From a bacterium (GTDB lineage: Bacteria > Bacteroidota > Bacteroidia > Bacteroidales > UBA932), in NCBI GenBank assembly GCA_963652025.1, contig CAVJRU010000003.1:2168-66167 (forward strand): a stretch of DNA of 64,000 nucleotides, read 5' to 3'. The notes beneath the pieces were generated by a model. The model saw nothing but the letters and a program-made list of their open reading frames with translations, was not told the origin of the DNA and did no database searches. The stretch's first letter is position 1. Each line of letters begins with the position of its first letter. Positions 35,221 through 43,790 of the stretch are shown in pieces. The translations under genes and the position numbers were made by a program.

Positions 35221-36474
35221 TTAGCCCAAAATGCTGTCGGCAGCATAAAAGGCGGAACTTATGGATACTCCGCCGCCGCAGCCCTCATACAGAGCGTTGC
35301 ATCCTCCCAGGATTGCACCGGCAACATAAAGATTCTCCACTGTTTTCTCCTCGCGCAGAGCCTTGAGCCCCTCTCCCGGAGCGGTTTTAACACCAAATCC
35401 GATGTAGTTCTGTTTTGCGAAGAAATCATTTGCGTCGAACCATTCCTTGCGATCCTCCGGAGCTTCAACGTCAACTCCGAGCGCCCCCTCGTAGATCCTG
35501 TCCTTTTCGGCAACAAGTCCCTTGCTGAAGAAACTTCCGCTGCAGAGAACGAAGTTGTCGGCTCGGAATTCGATGTCAGGGATATTGGAGGTTCGGATGG
35601 AATCGAGCCTGCCGTCGGAGAATGTGCCTGAGGTTACGGTGTCGCCTTTGAGGAGAGTGCCTCCGCGGCTGCAGAAAAGGTCTGTGAGTGCCCTCTGAAC
35701 CTCGATTCCCGGCACAGATGGGGGAAGTGTTGGCACGAAACGTACGGATGTGTTCATAACCTTGCCGACCTGAACCGCGTCCGCCGCGTCCTGAAGATTG
35801 AATATGGCCGGAAGAACTATGAGGTCTTCGCCATCGTATTTCTCCTTAATCTGGGAGATGTATTCCTTGAATGTCGGACGGTCGAGCACCCGTGAGATGT
35901 TCGTCGCTCTCATCTCCGTCGGGCTTTTGCGCAGTTTCTTCAGAGCGTCGAGATGGATAGTGATTGTTCTGCACGGGCTTCCGGAATCTTCCAAAGCCTT
36001 TGAGATGAACTCGGTGTTGAAGTCAAGAAAACCGTCAAGTGAGGCGACGAGAGCTTTGTTGCAGATTTTTCCTTCCTCAGACGGGGCTGTGAGTATGTCT
36101 TTAAGGGTGAGATAGCACTTTTTGACCGAACCCATCGAACTTACCCTCCAGATGTTTTTCTCGTCTTCGGGAGAGTCCAAATGGCATCCCACGCTCTCAA
36201 AAAGCTTCACGCCTTCCTCAATGTATTTCTTCACATTCTCAGCTCCAATTATTGAGTAGGGGTGTTCCGAAGGCAGATTTTTCATTGCCTCGAAAGGGGA
36301 GTCCACCTCCTGGCCGTCACTTAGGCGGTTCAGAATGTCAAACGACCCGGACCAAAAGTGCATAGCTGACTGGCCGGAAGAAATGATGGCGCATTTCTGT
36401 CCCTTTTCCTGAAGGCGGAGAGCACACAGAAGTCCTGTCAGACCGCCACCGATTATTATAGTGTCAAATTGCAT
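35221..36474 (-). CDS. glpB: Anaerobic glycerol-3-phosphate dehydrogenase subunit B
   Basis: 417 aa. The N-terminus is MQFDTIIIGGGLTGLLCALRL...SGQSAMHFWSGSFD. It sits between glpA and glpC. Confidence 0.85.
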   Translation of the reverse strand: MQFDTIIIGGGLTGLLCALRLQEKGQKCAIISSGQSAMHFWSGSFDILNRLSDGQEVDSPFEAMKNLPSEHPYSIIGAENVKKYIEEGVKLFESVGCHLDSPEDEKNIWRVSSMGSVKKCYLTLKDILTAPSEEGKICNKALVASLDGFLDFNTEFISKALEDSGSPCRTITIHLDALKKLRKSPTEMRATNISRVLDRPTFKEYISQIKEKYDGEDLIVLPAIFNLQDAADAVQVGKVMNTSVRFVPTLPPSVPGIEVQRALTDLFCSRGGTLLKGDTVTSGTFSDGRLDSIRTSNIPDIEFRADNFVLCSGSFFSKGLVAEKDRIYEGALGVDVEAPEDRKEWFDANDFFAKQNYIGFGVKTAPGEGLKALREEKTVENLYVAGAILGGCNALYEGCGGGVSISSAFYAADSILG

Positions 36475-36508
36475 ATTCCTAATTTAAGTTTCGAAAAACC
36501 AGTGCTTT

Positions 36509-38035
36509 CTAAATTTCGTGTGAATAAATCCACTGCGTGTATTCGTTTTCTCTGAGGGAGTCGCCCCAGCAGATAGGGTATATTCCCTTCCATCTTTCAT
36601 TCATAAACGCTTTCAGATCGTCCTTTGCCCTTGTCGGATTTTCCTTCTTGCGGGCAAGCAGGCTGGCACCTCTGCAGGCGCAAAGTTCTCCTTGGCAGGT
36701 TCCCATTCCGAGACGTGTTCTGCGGCGAAGGTCCACCATATTTGTCACCTGAAGATGGTCAATGGCATCTTCTGCCTTCTGAAGCGTAACCTTTTCGCAT
36801 TCGCAGATGAGGCTCTCATCCTTGTCGGAAAGCGGACGTGAAGATGATGTCTCTATGCTGCGGTCATCGGAACCGGGAAGAGCCCTCTGAGCCGTTACGC
36901 AGCCCTTGTGAACTCCGAGTTTGCGGCACACAAGGTCGGTCGCCCACTCTGCCATAAGGCGGTAGGTCATAAGTTTTCCGCCTGTAATGGTGATGAAGCC
37001 TGAGATTCCGTCCCTCGTCTCGTGGTCCAGAAGAACGATTCCGCGGCTGATGTTTCTTCCCGAAGGGTCATTGTCCGCTGCGACGAGCGGTCTCACACCG
37101 CAGTAGGCGCGGATGATTCGGGTCTGTGCAAGGCTCGGGGCGAGTTTCTGACCCTCTTCAAGGAGGATTTTAACTTCCTCGGGGGTCACTCTGATTTTGT
37201 CCACTTCGGAAAGCGGAACCCTGTCTGAGGTGGTTCCGATGAGGCAGATGGTTTCGCCCGGAACGAGAATGTCAGCGTTCGCCGGTTTGCGGCAGCGGTT
37301 GATGACAATGTTGTTCACCCTGTGGCCGAAAATGAGCAGGGAGCCCTTTGCCGGGAACATCGTAATGCTTGCTCCTGCCATCTCAGCGATTCCCTGTCCC
37401 CAGATTCCGCCGGCGTTGACTGTCACGGGAGCGTAGAACGTGTCAACGTCTCCCGTACGTTTGTTGCGGATTTTTACGCCCTTAACGGTGTTGCCTTCCT
37501 TTACGACTTCGATTACCTCGCTGTAGGTCAGGACCTTGGCCCCGTGAATCTTCGCATCGGTCATATTCGCCGCCGTGAGCTTGAACGGGTCCACAGCGCC
37601 GTCCGGCACCACAACGGCGCCGATAAGGTCCGGATTCACAGCCGGCTCCATTGCGATGGCTTCTTTAGGGTCGATTACCTTTGCCTTGATGCCTGCCTTG
37701 TTGCAGGATTCGACAAATTTTGCCTGATATGCGAGGTCGTCTTCCGGAAGGGTAATGAAAAGTCCCTCTGTCTGCTCGACGCATCCGCGAGCGATTTTTC
37801 TGAGGATTTGGTTCTCTCTGATGCACTCGGAGGCGGATTCCGTGTCTGTCACGGCATACCTTGCTCCACTGTGGAGGAGTCCGTGGTTACGTCCTGTCGC
37901 ACCTGTAGCGATGTCGTTCCTTTCGATAAGAAGCACTTTCAGTCCGCGAAGCGAACAGTCACGGGCAGTACCTGCACCCGTAGCACCTCCTCCGATGATG
38001 ATGACATCGAACTCGTTGTTCTTATGCTTTTCCAT
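36509..38035 (-). CDS. glpA: Anaerobic glycerol-3-phosphate dehydrogenase subunit A
   Basis: 508 aa. The FAD motif is DVIIIGGGATGAGTARD, with GRNHGLLHSGARY. The C-terminal BFD-like 2Fe-2S motif is CECEKV...GMGTCQGELC. Confidence 0.9.
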   Translation of the reverse strand: MEKHKNNEFDVIIIGGGATGAGTARDCSLRGLKVLLIERNDIATGATGRNHGLLHSGARYAVTDTESASECIRENQILRKIARGCVEQTEGLFITLPEDDLAYQAKFVESCNKAGIKAKVIDPKEAIAMEPAVNPDLIGAVVVPDGAVDPFKLTAANMTDAKIHGAKVLTYSEVIEVVKEGNTVKGVKIRNKRTGDVDTFYAPVTVNAGGIWGQGIAEMAGASITMFPAKGSLLIFGHRVNNIVINRCRKPANADILVPGETICLIGTTSDRVPLSEVDKIRVTPEEVKILLEEGQKLAPSLAQTRIIRAYCGVRPLVAADNDPSGRNISRGIVLLDHETRDGISGFITITGGKLMTYRLMAEWATDLVCRKLGVHKGCVTAQRALPGSDDRSIETSSSRPLSDKDESLICECEKVTLQKAEDAIDHLQVTNMVDLRRRTRLGMGTCQGELCACRGASLLARKKENPTRAKDDLKAFMNERWKGIYPICWGDSLRENEYTQWIYSHEI

Positions 38036-38243
38036 TTTGGGAAGCTGATTTTATGATTTTTTTCTCGTTACGGCGCCTCATCCTGTCGCTAATGACATTT
38101 TGTTGCGCACATTTGTACAAAGTTACTAAATTTGCCGGTAAATTTAGCTCAGATACGGAAATTTCTTCGTTTCGAATGCGATTTTTTATAAAAGCGAAAT
38201 CAACCCTTTCACGGGAAACTGAATTGACAAATAATAATAAGCT

Positions 38244-39146
38244 ATGACAGAATATTTGGAAAAAGACGGAAATCTTCCTGAACTCTCTCCGGAGGATAAG
38301 ACTAAACTTAAGAAAATCAAGCATATAGCCTTTGATATGGACGGAACCATATATATGGGTTCCACCCTTTTCCCTTTTACGATTGACACCCTTCGCTCTC
38401 TTCGCGAAAACGGAATCGGATATTCGTTTCTTACGAATAACCCGACCCGCTCCGTTGCGGATTATATTTCGAAACTTGCGAAAATGGGAATCGAAGCAGG
38501 GGAGGAGAACGTCTATACGACTTCGCTTGCTGCGATTGATTGGATTAAGGCAAATCACCCTGGGGCACGCCGTCTTTTCCTGCTCGGCACCCCGTCGATG
38601 GTCTCGCAGTTTGAGAAGGCTGGTTTTGTCTCCTGCACTGACTCTCCGGATGACCGTCCGGACGTTTTAGTCGTGGCCTTTGACCCGACACTTGAGTATT
38701 CGAGGCTATGCAGGGCTGCCTGGTGGGCTTCACAGGGAGTTCCGTATGTTGCAACCAATCCTGACCGCGTTTGCCCGACCGACCAGAGGACTGTCCTTGT
38801 TGACTGCGGTTCCTTGTGCGAGTGCATCTATCACGCAACCCTCCGCCGTCCAGACATCACTCTCGGAAAGCCTGACCCGAATATGCTCGGGGGGATTATG
38901 GCAAGGCACGGCCTCAAGGCTGATGAAATCGTTATGACCGGTGACCGCATTTACACCGACACAGCGATGGCCTACAATGCCGGAGCCGTGGGCGTTTTGG
39001 TCCTTTCCGGCGAAACAACTCTCGAGACTGCCCGCAAGGTGGAGGCAGAGGAAAAGAACTCCCTCAATCCGGAGTTCCACGCACCGGATTTTGTCACAGA
39101 CAACATCTCCACCCTCTGCCGCAGCCTGATTCTCGCCAAGTCCTAG
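38244..39146 (+). CDS. HAD-IIA family hydrolase (NagD-like sugar phosphatase)
   Basis: 300 aa. Motif I is FDMDGTIYMG, motif II is LTNN, and the C-terminal motif is GDRIYTD. Confidence 0.8.
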   Translation: MTEYLEKDGNLPELSPEDKTKLKKIKHIAFDMDGTIYMGSTLFPFTIDTLRSLRENGIGYSFLTNNPTRSVADYISKLAKMGIEAGEENVYTTSLAAIDWIKANHPGARRLFLLGTPSMVSQFEKAGFVSCTDSPDDRPDVLVVAFDPTLEYSRLCRAAWWASQGVPYVATNPDRVCPTDQRTVLVDCGSLCECIYHATLRRPDITLGKPDPNMLGGIMARHGLKADEIVMTGDRIYTDTAMAYNAGAVGVLVLSGETTLETARKVEAEEKNSLNPEFHAPDFVTDNISTLCRSLILAKS

Positions 39147-39205
39147 GCGGTTAATACGGGCTGTAATGACAGGTGTATGTAGTCGCGATTTTTAATGATA
39201 AAAAT

Positions 39206-39243
39206 AAAGGAGTGACCGGGTCGTTGGACCTCGTCACTCCTTT
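39206..39243. terminator. Bidirectional hairpin terminator shared by the HAD gene (+) and rnpB (-)
   Basis: AAAGGAGTGAC...GTCACTCCTTT, with T-rich tracts on both sides. Confidence 0.6.
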
Positions 39244-39249
39244 TAATTT

Positions 39250-39596
39250 AAGGCAAAACCGTAAGCCGGGTTCTGTTTTAGTCTGTCATTTATCTTCGCA
39301 ACCTACCCCTCGGCAGCGGGCGGGCAGCCCTTAATTACCGATATATTTGGTCTTGCAGGTCCCGGTGCCGTACCCCGACAGTGTCGCCACTGCCGGTCGT
39401 GAGCTCTTACCTCGCGTTTTCACCCTTGCTGCGGCTGGGCCGTTCCCCCTCTCGGGGGCGTACCCGGACCTTTGTGCAGCGGTTATTTTCTGTTACAGCA
39501 GTCATAAAGTTACCTCCATCAGTGCTTTCCACTGCGGGATGCCCTTTCCTGCCCGGACTTTCCTCACCCTTTCGGGCGCGACAAACCGTTTTGCCT
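39250..39596 (-). ncRNA. rnpB: RNase P RNA, bacterial type A
   Basis: The reverse strand contains GAGGAAAGTCCGGGC (P4 5' strand, plus strand 39552-39566), AAGGGTGAAAACGCGAGGTAAGAGCTCAC, GGGTAGGTTGC, and ACAGAACCCGGCTTA (P4 3' strand, plus strand ~39261-39276). P1 is formed by GGCAAAAC/GTTTTGCC at the two ends. Confidence 0.92.
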
Positions 39597-40854
39597 ATTT
39601 TAAATATCCTGCTTTGCGCTCACGTTTTTCGTTGCGCTTTTCAATCTTCTTCACTTCCTTTTCGAGAGCCGGAGTGATGTCCTCGCAATGCTTGTGGCAC
39701 TGCATTGACTTGGAGTACATCCTGCCGACGCAGAAATTCGAGTGCGTGCAGCCGCTGCAGTGGTTCTCGTCAGCCTTGAGCTTGTTTACGAAATCCGTGT
39801 CCTCAAGCACTGCACGACCCATCTGGAAGAGCGGGAAGCCGTTTTCAAGAACCTTGCGCGCATCTTCTCCGGTAGTGACTCCTCCCACGTAGATGAACGG
39901 GAAATCCGGCATCGCCTCGCGGAATTTCAGAGCATCCTCCATAAAGAAAAGGTGCTTGAAAGGAACCGGCGGGCAGACTGCCCAGGCCCCGATGTGAAGA
40001 CATATCTTGAGCCACCAGAAGGAAGCCGGCATATAGTGCGCGATGGCCTTCGTCGGGAATTCTCCCCTGAAAACATAGATAGGAGCGCGGCTCACAAATC
40101 CTCCTGAAAGCGCGATTGCGTTGACCCCCAGACGGCGAAGCTCCTTTGCAACTTCAATCAGCTCGTCCACTTCCTGGCCGCCTCTGAAACCGTCGCGGGT
40201 GTTTAGCTTTGCAGTGACGGCGATTTTCCCGTCAGCCGCCTTAACAGCCTCGCTGACGCACTCCCTCATAAAGTTCATCCTGTTGTCGAGACTTCCGCCG
40301 TAGCGGTCGTGACGATGGTTGGTGTAAGGGGAGAGGAACTGGGAGATGAGGTAGCCGTGTCCGGCGTGAATCTCAACGGCGTCGAATCCCGCCTTGATTG
40401 CAAGACGAACCGCGTCTCCGAACGACTTCACCACGAAATCGATGTCCTTCTGGGTCATCTTGCGGTAGAAAGTGGGGGAGTAGAGGTTGAATCCGCAGCT
40501 GGCTCCGATCGGAGTCTGTCCGCAGGTGCGGCGGTGAGTCATATTTCCGCAGTGGCCGAGCTGGATGCTGACCTTTGCGCCCTCCGCGTGCACTGCATCG
40601 GTGAGCTTTTTGAGCTCAGGGACAATCTCTTCCCTCATCCAAAGCTGGGAGTCGAAACTGATTCCGCTCTGGCACACGGCAGCGTACGCTACTGTGGTCA
40701 TACCGATACCTCCACGTGCAACTGCAGTGTGGTAATTGATGAGTTCCTCGGTCGGGGCGTTGCCCTTTCCCATACCCTCGAATGCTGCGGAACGAACTGT
40801 TCTGTTCCTCAGTTCAATCGGGCCTAATTTATATGGAGTGAAAATCTCGCTCAT
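39595..40854 (-). CDS. Old Yellow Enzyme-family NADH:flavin oxidoreductase with a C-terminal Cys cluster and a basic tail
   Basis: 419 aa. OYE TIM-barrel motifs are RSAAFEGM, IQLGHCG and VEIHAGHGYLISQFLSPYTNHRHDRYGGSL. The C-terminal motif is C366-x2-C-x5-C-x10-C-x3-C390 (nt 39685-39759). There is no downstream FAD/NAD(P) domain. Confidence 0.8.
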   Translation of the reverse strand: MSEIFTPYKLGPIELRNRTVRSAAFEGMGKGNAPTEELINYHTAVARGGIGMTTVAYAAVCQSGISFDSQLWMREEIVPELKKLTDAVHAEGAKVSIQLGHCGNMTHRRTCGQTPIGASCGFNLYSPTFYRKMTQKDIDFVVKSFGDAVRLAIKAGFDAVEIHAGHGYLISQFLSPYTNHRHDRYGGSLDNRMNFMRECVSEAVKAADGKIAVTAKLNTRDGFRGGQEVDELIEVAKELRRLGVNAIALSGGFVSRAPIYVFRGEFPTKAIAHYMPASFWWLKICLHIGAWAVCPPVPFKHLFFMEDALKFREAMPDFPFIYVGGVTTGEDARKVLENGFPLFQMGRAVLEDTDFVNKLKADENHCSGCTHSNFCVGRMYSKSMQCHKHCEDITPALEKEVKKIEKRNEKRERKAGYLK

Positions 40855-40936
40855 ATCAGTTTGAGTTTATTCGTTAAGTCAGAGTAGTTTATGTGTGTTG
40901 TGGATATATTTTCAAAAAATGCGTAATCTGCGGCTT

Positions 40937-41764
40937 TTACCACACGAATGGTATCAGGTTCTTCTTGTGAAGGGAGGTGTACTCCTCTCCGAACTCCTGC
41001 TCATATTTCTCGGTGAGTGATTTAGCCCTCGGACCGAGGTTGGCGAAAGTCCAGACGGCGAAAAGCAGTCCTGCCGGTGACCAGGTGAGAATCGCGTAGC
41101 CAATCCACTCGACGAGCTCACCGAAATAGTTCGCGCTAGTAACATATTTGTACATACCCTTTTTCGGGATGTAATGCTTTGTGTCGCCCGGCTTTCTCAG
41201 ATGTCTTATCACGTGGTCTGAATGGAGGTTGATCCCCATTCCGGTGAAGAAAATTACCGTTCCGATTATAAAACGAGGGTCCCAGAACCAGGACAGCTTG
41301 TAGTAGCCTTCCGGTGCCTGAGCCTCCATAAGTCCGGGGATGCCGAAAATCCATCCGGCGATGAGGAATGAGTTAACGGTGTTGAAAACCATACCCATAG
41401 CCATAATCGCGATAGGAGTGCGGCTCTTTCCCCTCATAAGAAGCGGGAATATGAAGGAGCGCTGGAAATAGTGAAGGAGGAAGAGTCCTGCCATCGCGTA
41501 GAGCACTCCTGTGCAGCATCCGTTCACTGTTCCGTTCAAGCCAAGTCCGGCTCCCAGGCCGCTCACTCCGAATTTTACCGTATAATAAAGAAGGAAGAAG
41601 AACGCCGGAGCTTCCATTATGATCCAAGCGGCTTTGTTCGGAATAGTCGGTCCCCATTTGTTAGTTGACAGGTATCCGTAGCCAGCCTTGAAATAGAACA
41701 GCATAATGAATACGAAAACGGCGAGTACCGCCATCGTAACCATCACAGTATAGTACAAATTCAT
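40937..41764 (-). CDS. 3-oxo-5-alpha-steroid 4-dehydrogenase (steroid 5-alpha-reductase, SRD5A) family membrane protein
   Basis: 275 aa and polytopic. The C-terminus LRKPGDTKHYIPKKGMYKYVTSANYFGELVEWIGYAILTW...RAKSLTEKYEQEFGEEY...LIPFVW aligns by eye with human SRD5A1 [40 protein letters not shown]...IIPFLF. Confidence 0.85.
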   Translation of the reverse strand: MNLYYTVMVTMAVLAVFVFIMLFYFKAGYGYLSTNKWGPTIPNKAAWIIMEAPAFFFLLYYTVKFGVSGLGAGLGLNGTVNGCCTGVLYAMAGLFLLHYFQRSFIFPLLMRGKSRTPIAIMAMGMVFNTVNSFLIAGWIFGIPGLMEAQAPEGYYKLSWFWDPRFIIGTVIFFTGMGINLHSDHVIRHLRKPGDTKHYIPKKGMYKYVTSANYFGELVEWIGYAILTWSPAGLLFAVWTFANLGPRAKSLTEKYEQEFGEEYTSLHKKNLIPFVW

Positions 41765-41876
41765 TTTGTTAACGTTTTTTTGTCATTTTCATTGGTAGTC
41801 GCCTCTCCAGGGTCGCGGCCCCTTCGGGACTTTTCAGTCATTCCCGGGGACGAGTCCCGTTAGGGGAAAAACCGCG

Positions 41877-41884
41877 CAAAGTTA
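41877..41884 (-). promoter_or_regulatory. -7 box TAACTTTG (minus strand) for the SRD5A-like gene
   Basis: CAAAGTTA on the plus strand. It implies a GC-rich leader of about 105 nt before ATG 41764. Confidence 0.35.
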
Positions 41885-41977
41885 GTAAATTTTTAATTAA
41901 CAAGACAATGGGCTTCAGGGGTGTCTGTAGACGGGAAAATGGACTTGTAAAATTTTCGTGATTTGAGGGAAAATAAT

Positions 41978-42052
41978 TTTGTGGGGCGCGGAAAAAGCAG
42001 TACATTTGTGCCCCTGTTGGAAGGAAACACTTTCAACAGGATTTTTCTTTTT
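41978..42052 (+). promoter_or_regulatory. pyrG promoter (-33 TTTG, 19-nt spacer, -7 TACATTTG) followed at once by a terminator-like leader hairpin
   Basis: TTTG lies at 41978-41981 and TACATTTG at 42001-42008. The 10-bp hairpin is CCTGTTGGAA / TTTCAACAGG (42013-42040), followed by ATTTTTCTTTTT. A second weaker hairpin, GGAAGG-TT-CCTTC plus a T-run, lies at 42054-42075. Confidence 0.45.
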
Positions 42053-42132
42053 GGGAAGGTTCCTTCTCCTTTTTGAATAAATCCAGTTAGGCTTTGGGCC
42101 GGGAAACTTTATGCAAAACCAATAAATAAAAT

Positions 42133-43773
42133 ATGAACACAAAGTACGTATTCGTTTCCGGAGGCGTTGCCTCATCGCTGGGAAAAGGCATCATCGCTGC
42201 CTCATTGGCAAAACTTCTTCAAGCAAGAGGATTGAAAGTCACCATCCAGAAGTTCGACCCCTACATCAACATCGACCCGGGAACTCTTAATCCCTACGAA
42301 CACGGAGAGTGTTATGTGACCGAAGACGGCACCGAGACAGACCTCGACCTCGGACACTACGAGAGGTTCCTCGGCGTTTACACCTCCAAGGCGAATAACG
42401 TAACTACAGGAAAAATATATCACACCGTAATCAGCAAGGAGAGGGAGGGCGCATATCTCGGAAAGACCGTGCAGATTGTTCCTCACATCACCGACGAAAT
42501 CAAACGAAGGATGATGCTCATCTCCAAGACTCAGGACTACGACGTCATCATCACCGAAATCGGCGGTACAGTGGGAGATATGGAGTCCCAGCCGTTTGTG
42601 GAGGCCGTTCGTCAGCTTCAGTGGGAACTCCCCGAGGAGGACTGCGTCACTATCCACCTCACCCTTGTGCCATACCTCAAGGCAGCAAAGGAGCTCAAGA
42701 CAAAGCCTACCCAGCACTCTGTACAGGCGCTCCAGCAGTCCGGTGTTCAGCCCGACATCATCGTCTGCAGAACCGAATACAACCTTTCACCTGAACTTAG
42801 GAAAAAAGTCGCACTTTTCTGCAACGTGAAACCTGGTCACGTCATTCAGTCAATTGACGCCGACTCCATCTACAAAGTGCCTCTCAATATGCACGAGGAA
42901 GGTCTTGACCGCTTGGTTCTCAACCACTTCGGACTCAAGGACGTTCCTGAGGCGAACCTTGGGAAATGGAACGAGTTCCTTCACAAACTGGACAACCCAA
43001 AGAGCGAGGTCAGCGTTGCTCTTGTCGGAAAATACGACCTTCAGGATGCCTACAAGAGTATTCTCGAGTCTTTTGTTCACGCCGGGGCTGCAAACGAATG
43101 CAAGGTGAAAGTGAAATATGTCCACAGCGAAAACATCAACGATGCCAATGTCGCTGAGATTCTTAAGGACTATGACGGAATCCTCGTCGCACCTGGATTC
43201 GGAGAGAGGGGACTGGAAGGTAAAATCGCTTCGGTAAAATATGCAAGGGAGAACAATGTTCCGTTCTTCGGAATCTGTCTCGGAATGCAGATGTGCGTCG
43301 TAGAGTTCGCCCGCAATGTTCTCGGAATGGACGGAGCGGCTTCGACCGAGGTCAACCCAGCCACGACCTACCCTGTAATCAACCTTATGGAGGACCAGAA
43401 GAGCACCACGTCAAAGGGCGGTACAATGCGTCTTGGCGCATACGACTGCCTCCTCAAGGAAGGCTCGCTCGCACGTAAGATTTATGGAATGGAGAAAATC
43501 TCTGAGCGTCACCGTCACCGTTACGAGCTCAACAGCGACTATCTCGGACTCTTCGAGAAGGCCGGCCTGATTGCTTCCGGAAAGAATCCTGACACGAAAC
43601 TCGTTGAGATAGTGGAGATTCCGACCCATCCGTTCTTTATCGGTGTACAGTTCCACCCGGAGTACAAGAGCACACCGGAGAACCCTCAGCCTATTTTCGT
43701 TTCATTTGTGAAAGCCGCAATGGAACACCGGACAGCAGCTGCAAAAAAATCAGCTGAGACCAAGACGAAATAA
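42133..43773 (+). CDS. pyrG: CTP synthase
   Basis: 546 aa. It contains MNTKYVFVSGGVASSLGKGI and the glutamine amidotransferase motifs GICLGMQ and HRHRYE. Confidence 0.95.
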   Translation: MNTKYVFVSGGVASSLGKGIIAASLAKLLQARGLKVTIQKFDPYINIDPGTLNPYEHGECYVTEDGTETDLDLGHYERFLGVYTSKANNVTTGKIYHTVISKEREGAYLGKTVQIVPHITDEIKRRMMLISKTQDYDVIITEIGGTVGDMESQPFVEAVRQLQWELPEEDCVTIHLTLVPYLKAAKELKTKPTQHSVQALQQSGVQPDIIVCRTEYNLSPELRKKVALFCNVKPGHVIQSIDADSIYKVPLNMHEEGLDRLVLNHFGLKDVPEANLGKWNEFLHKLDNPKSEVSVALVGKYDLQDAYKSILESFVHAGAANECKVKVKYVHSENINDANVAEILKDYDGILVAPGFGERGLEGKIASVKYARENNVPFFGICLGMQMCVVEFARNVLGMDGAASTEVNPATTYPVINLMEDQKSTTSKGGTMRLGAYDCLLKEGSLARKIYGMEKISERHRHRYELNSDYLGLFEKAGLIASGKNPDTKLVEIVEIPTHPFFIGVQFHPEYKSTPENPQPIFVSFVKAAMEHRTAAAKKSAETKTK

Positions 43774-43790
43774 TACGCTTTTCCTGTCGT

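Noticed and set aside
38022-38558. 178-aa ORF (-) spanning the glpA/HAD divergent promoter region, and 41915..42175(-) in the SRD5A/pyrG spacer.
   Set aside because: They overlap the starts of well-supported genes and A/T-rich promoter DNA, have odd composition, and show no signal or motif. An inverted repeat TAAATTT-GCCGGT-AAATTTA at about 38128-38147 may be an operator, but I cannot support this further.
39347-39892. Track ORFs 39347..39892(+) and 39381..39677(+), which cover the otherwise empty region after the HAD gene.
   Set aside because: The region is RNase P RNA on the opposite strand, with all universal rnpB motifs present, plus the 3' end of the OYE gene. These ORFs are artefacts.
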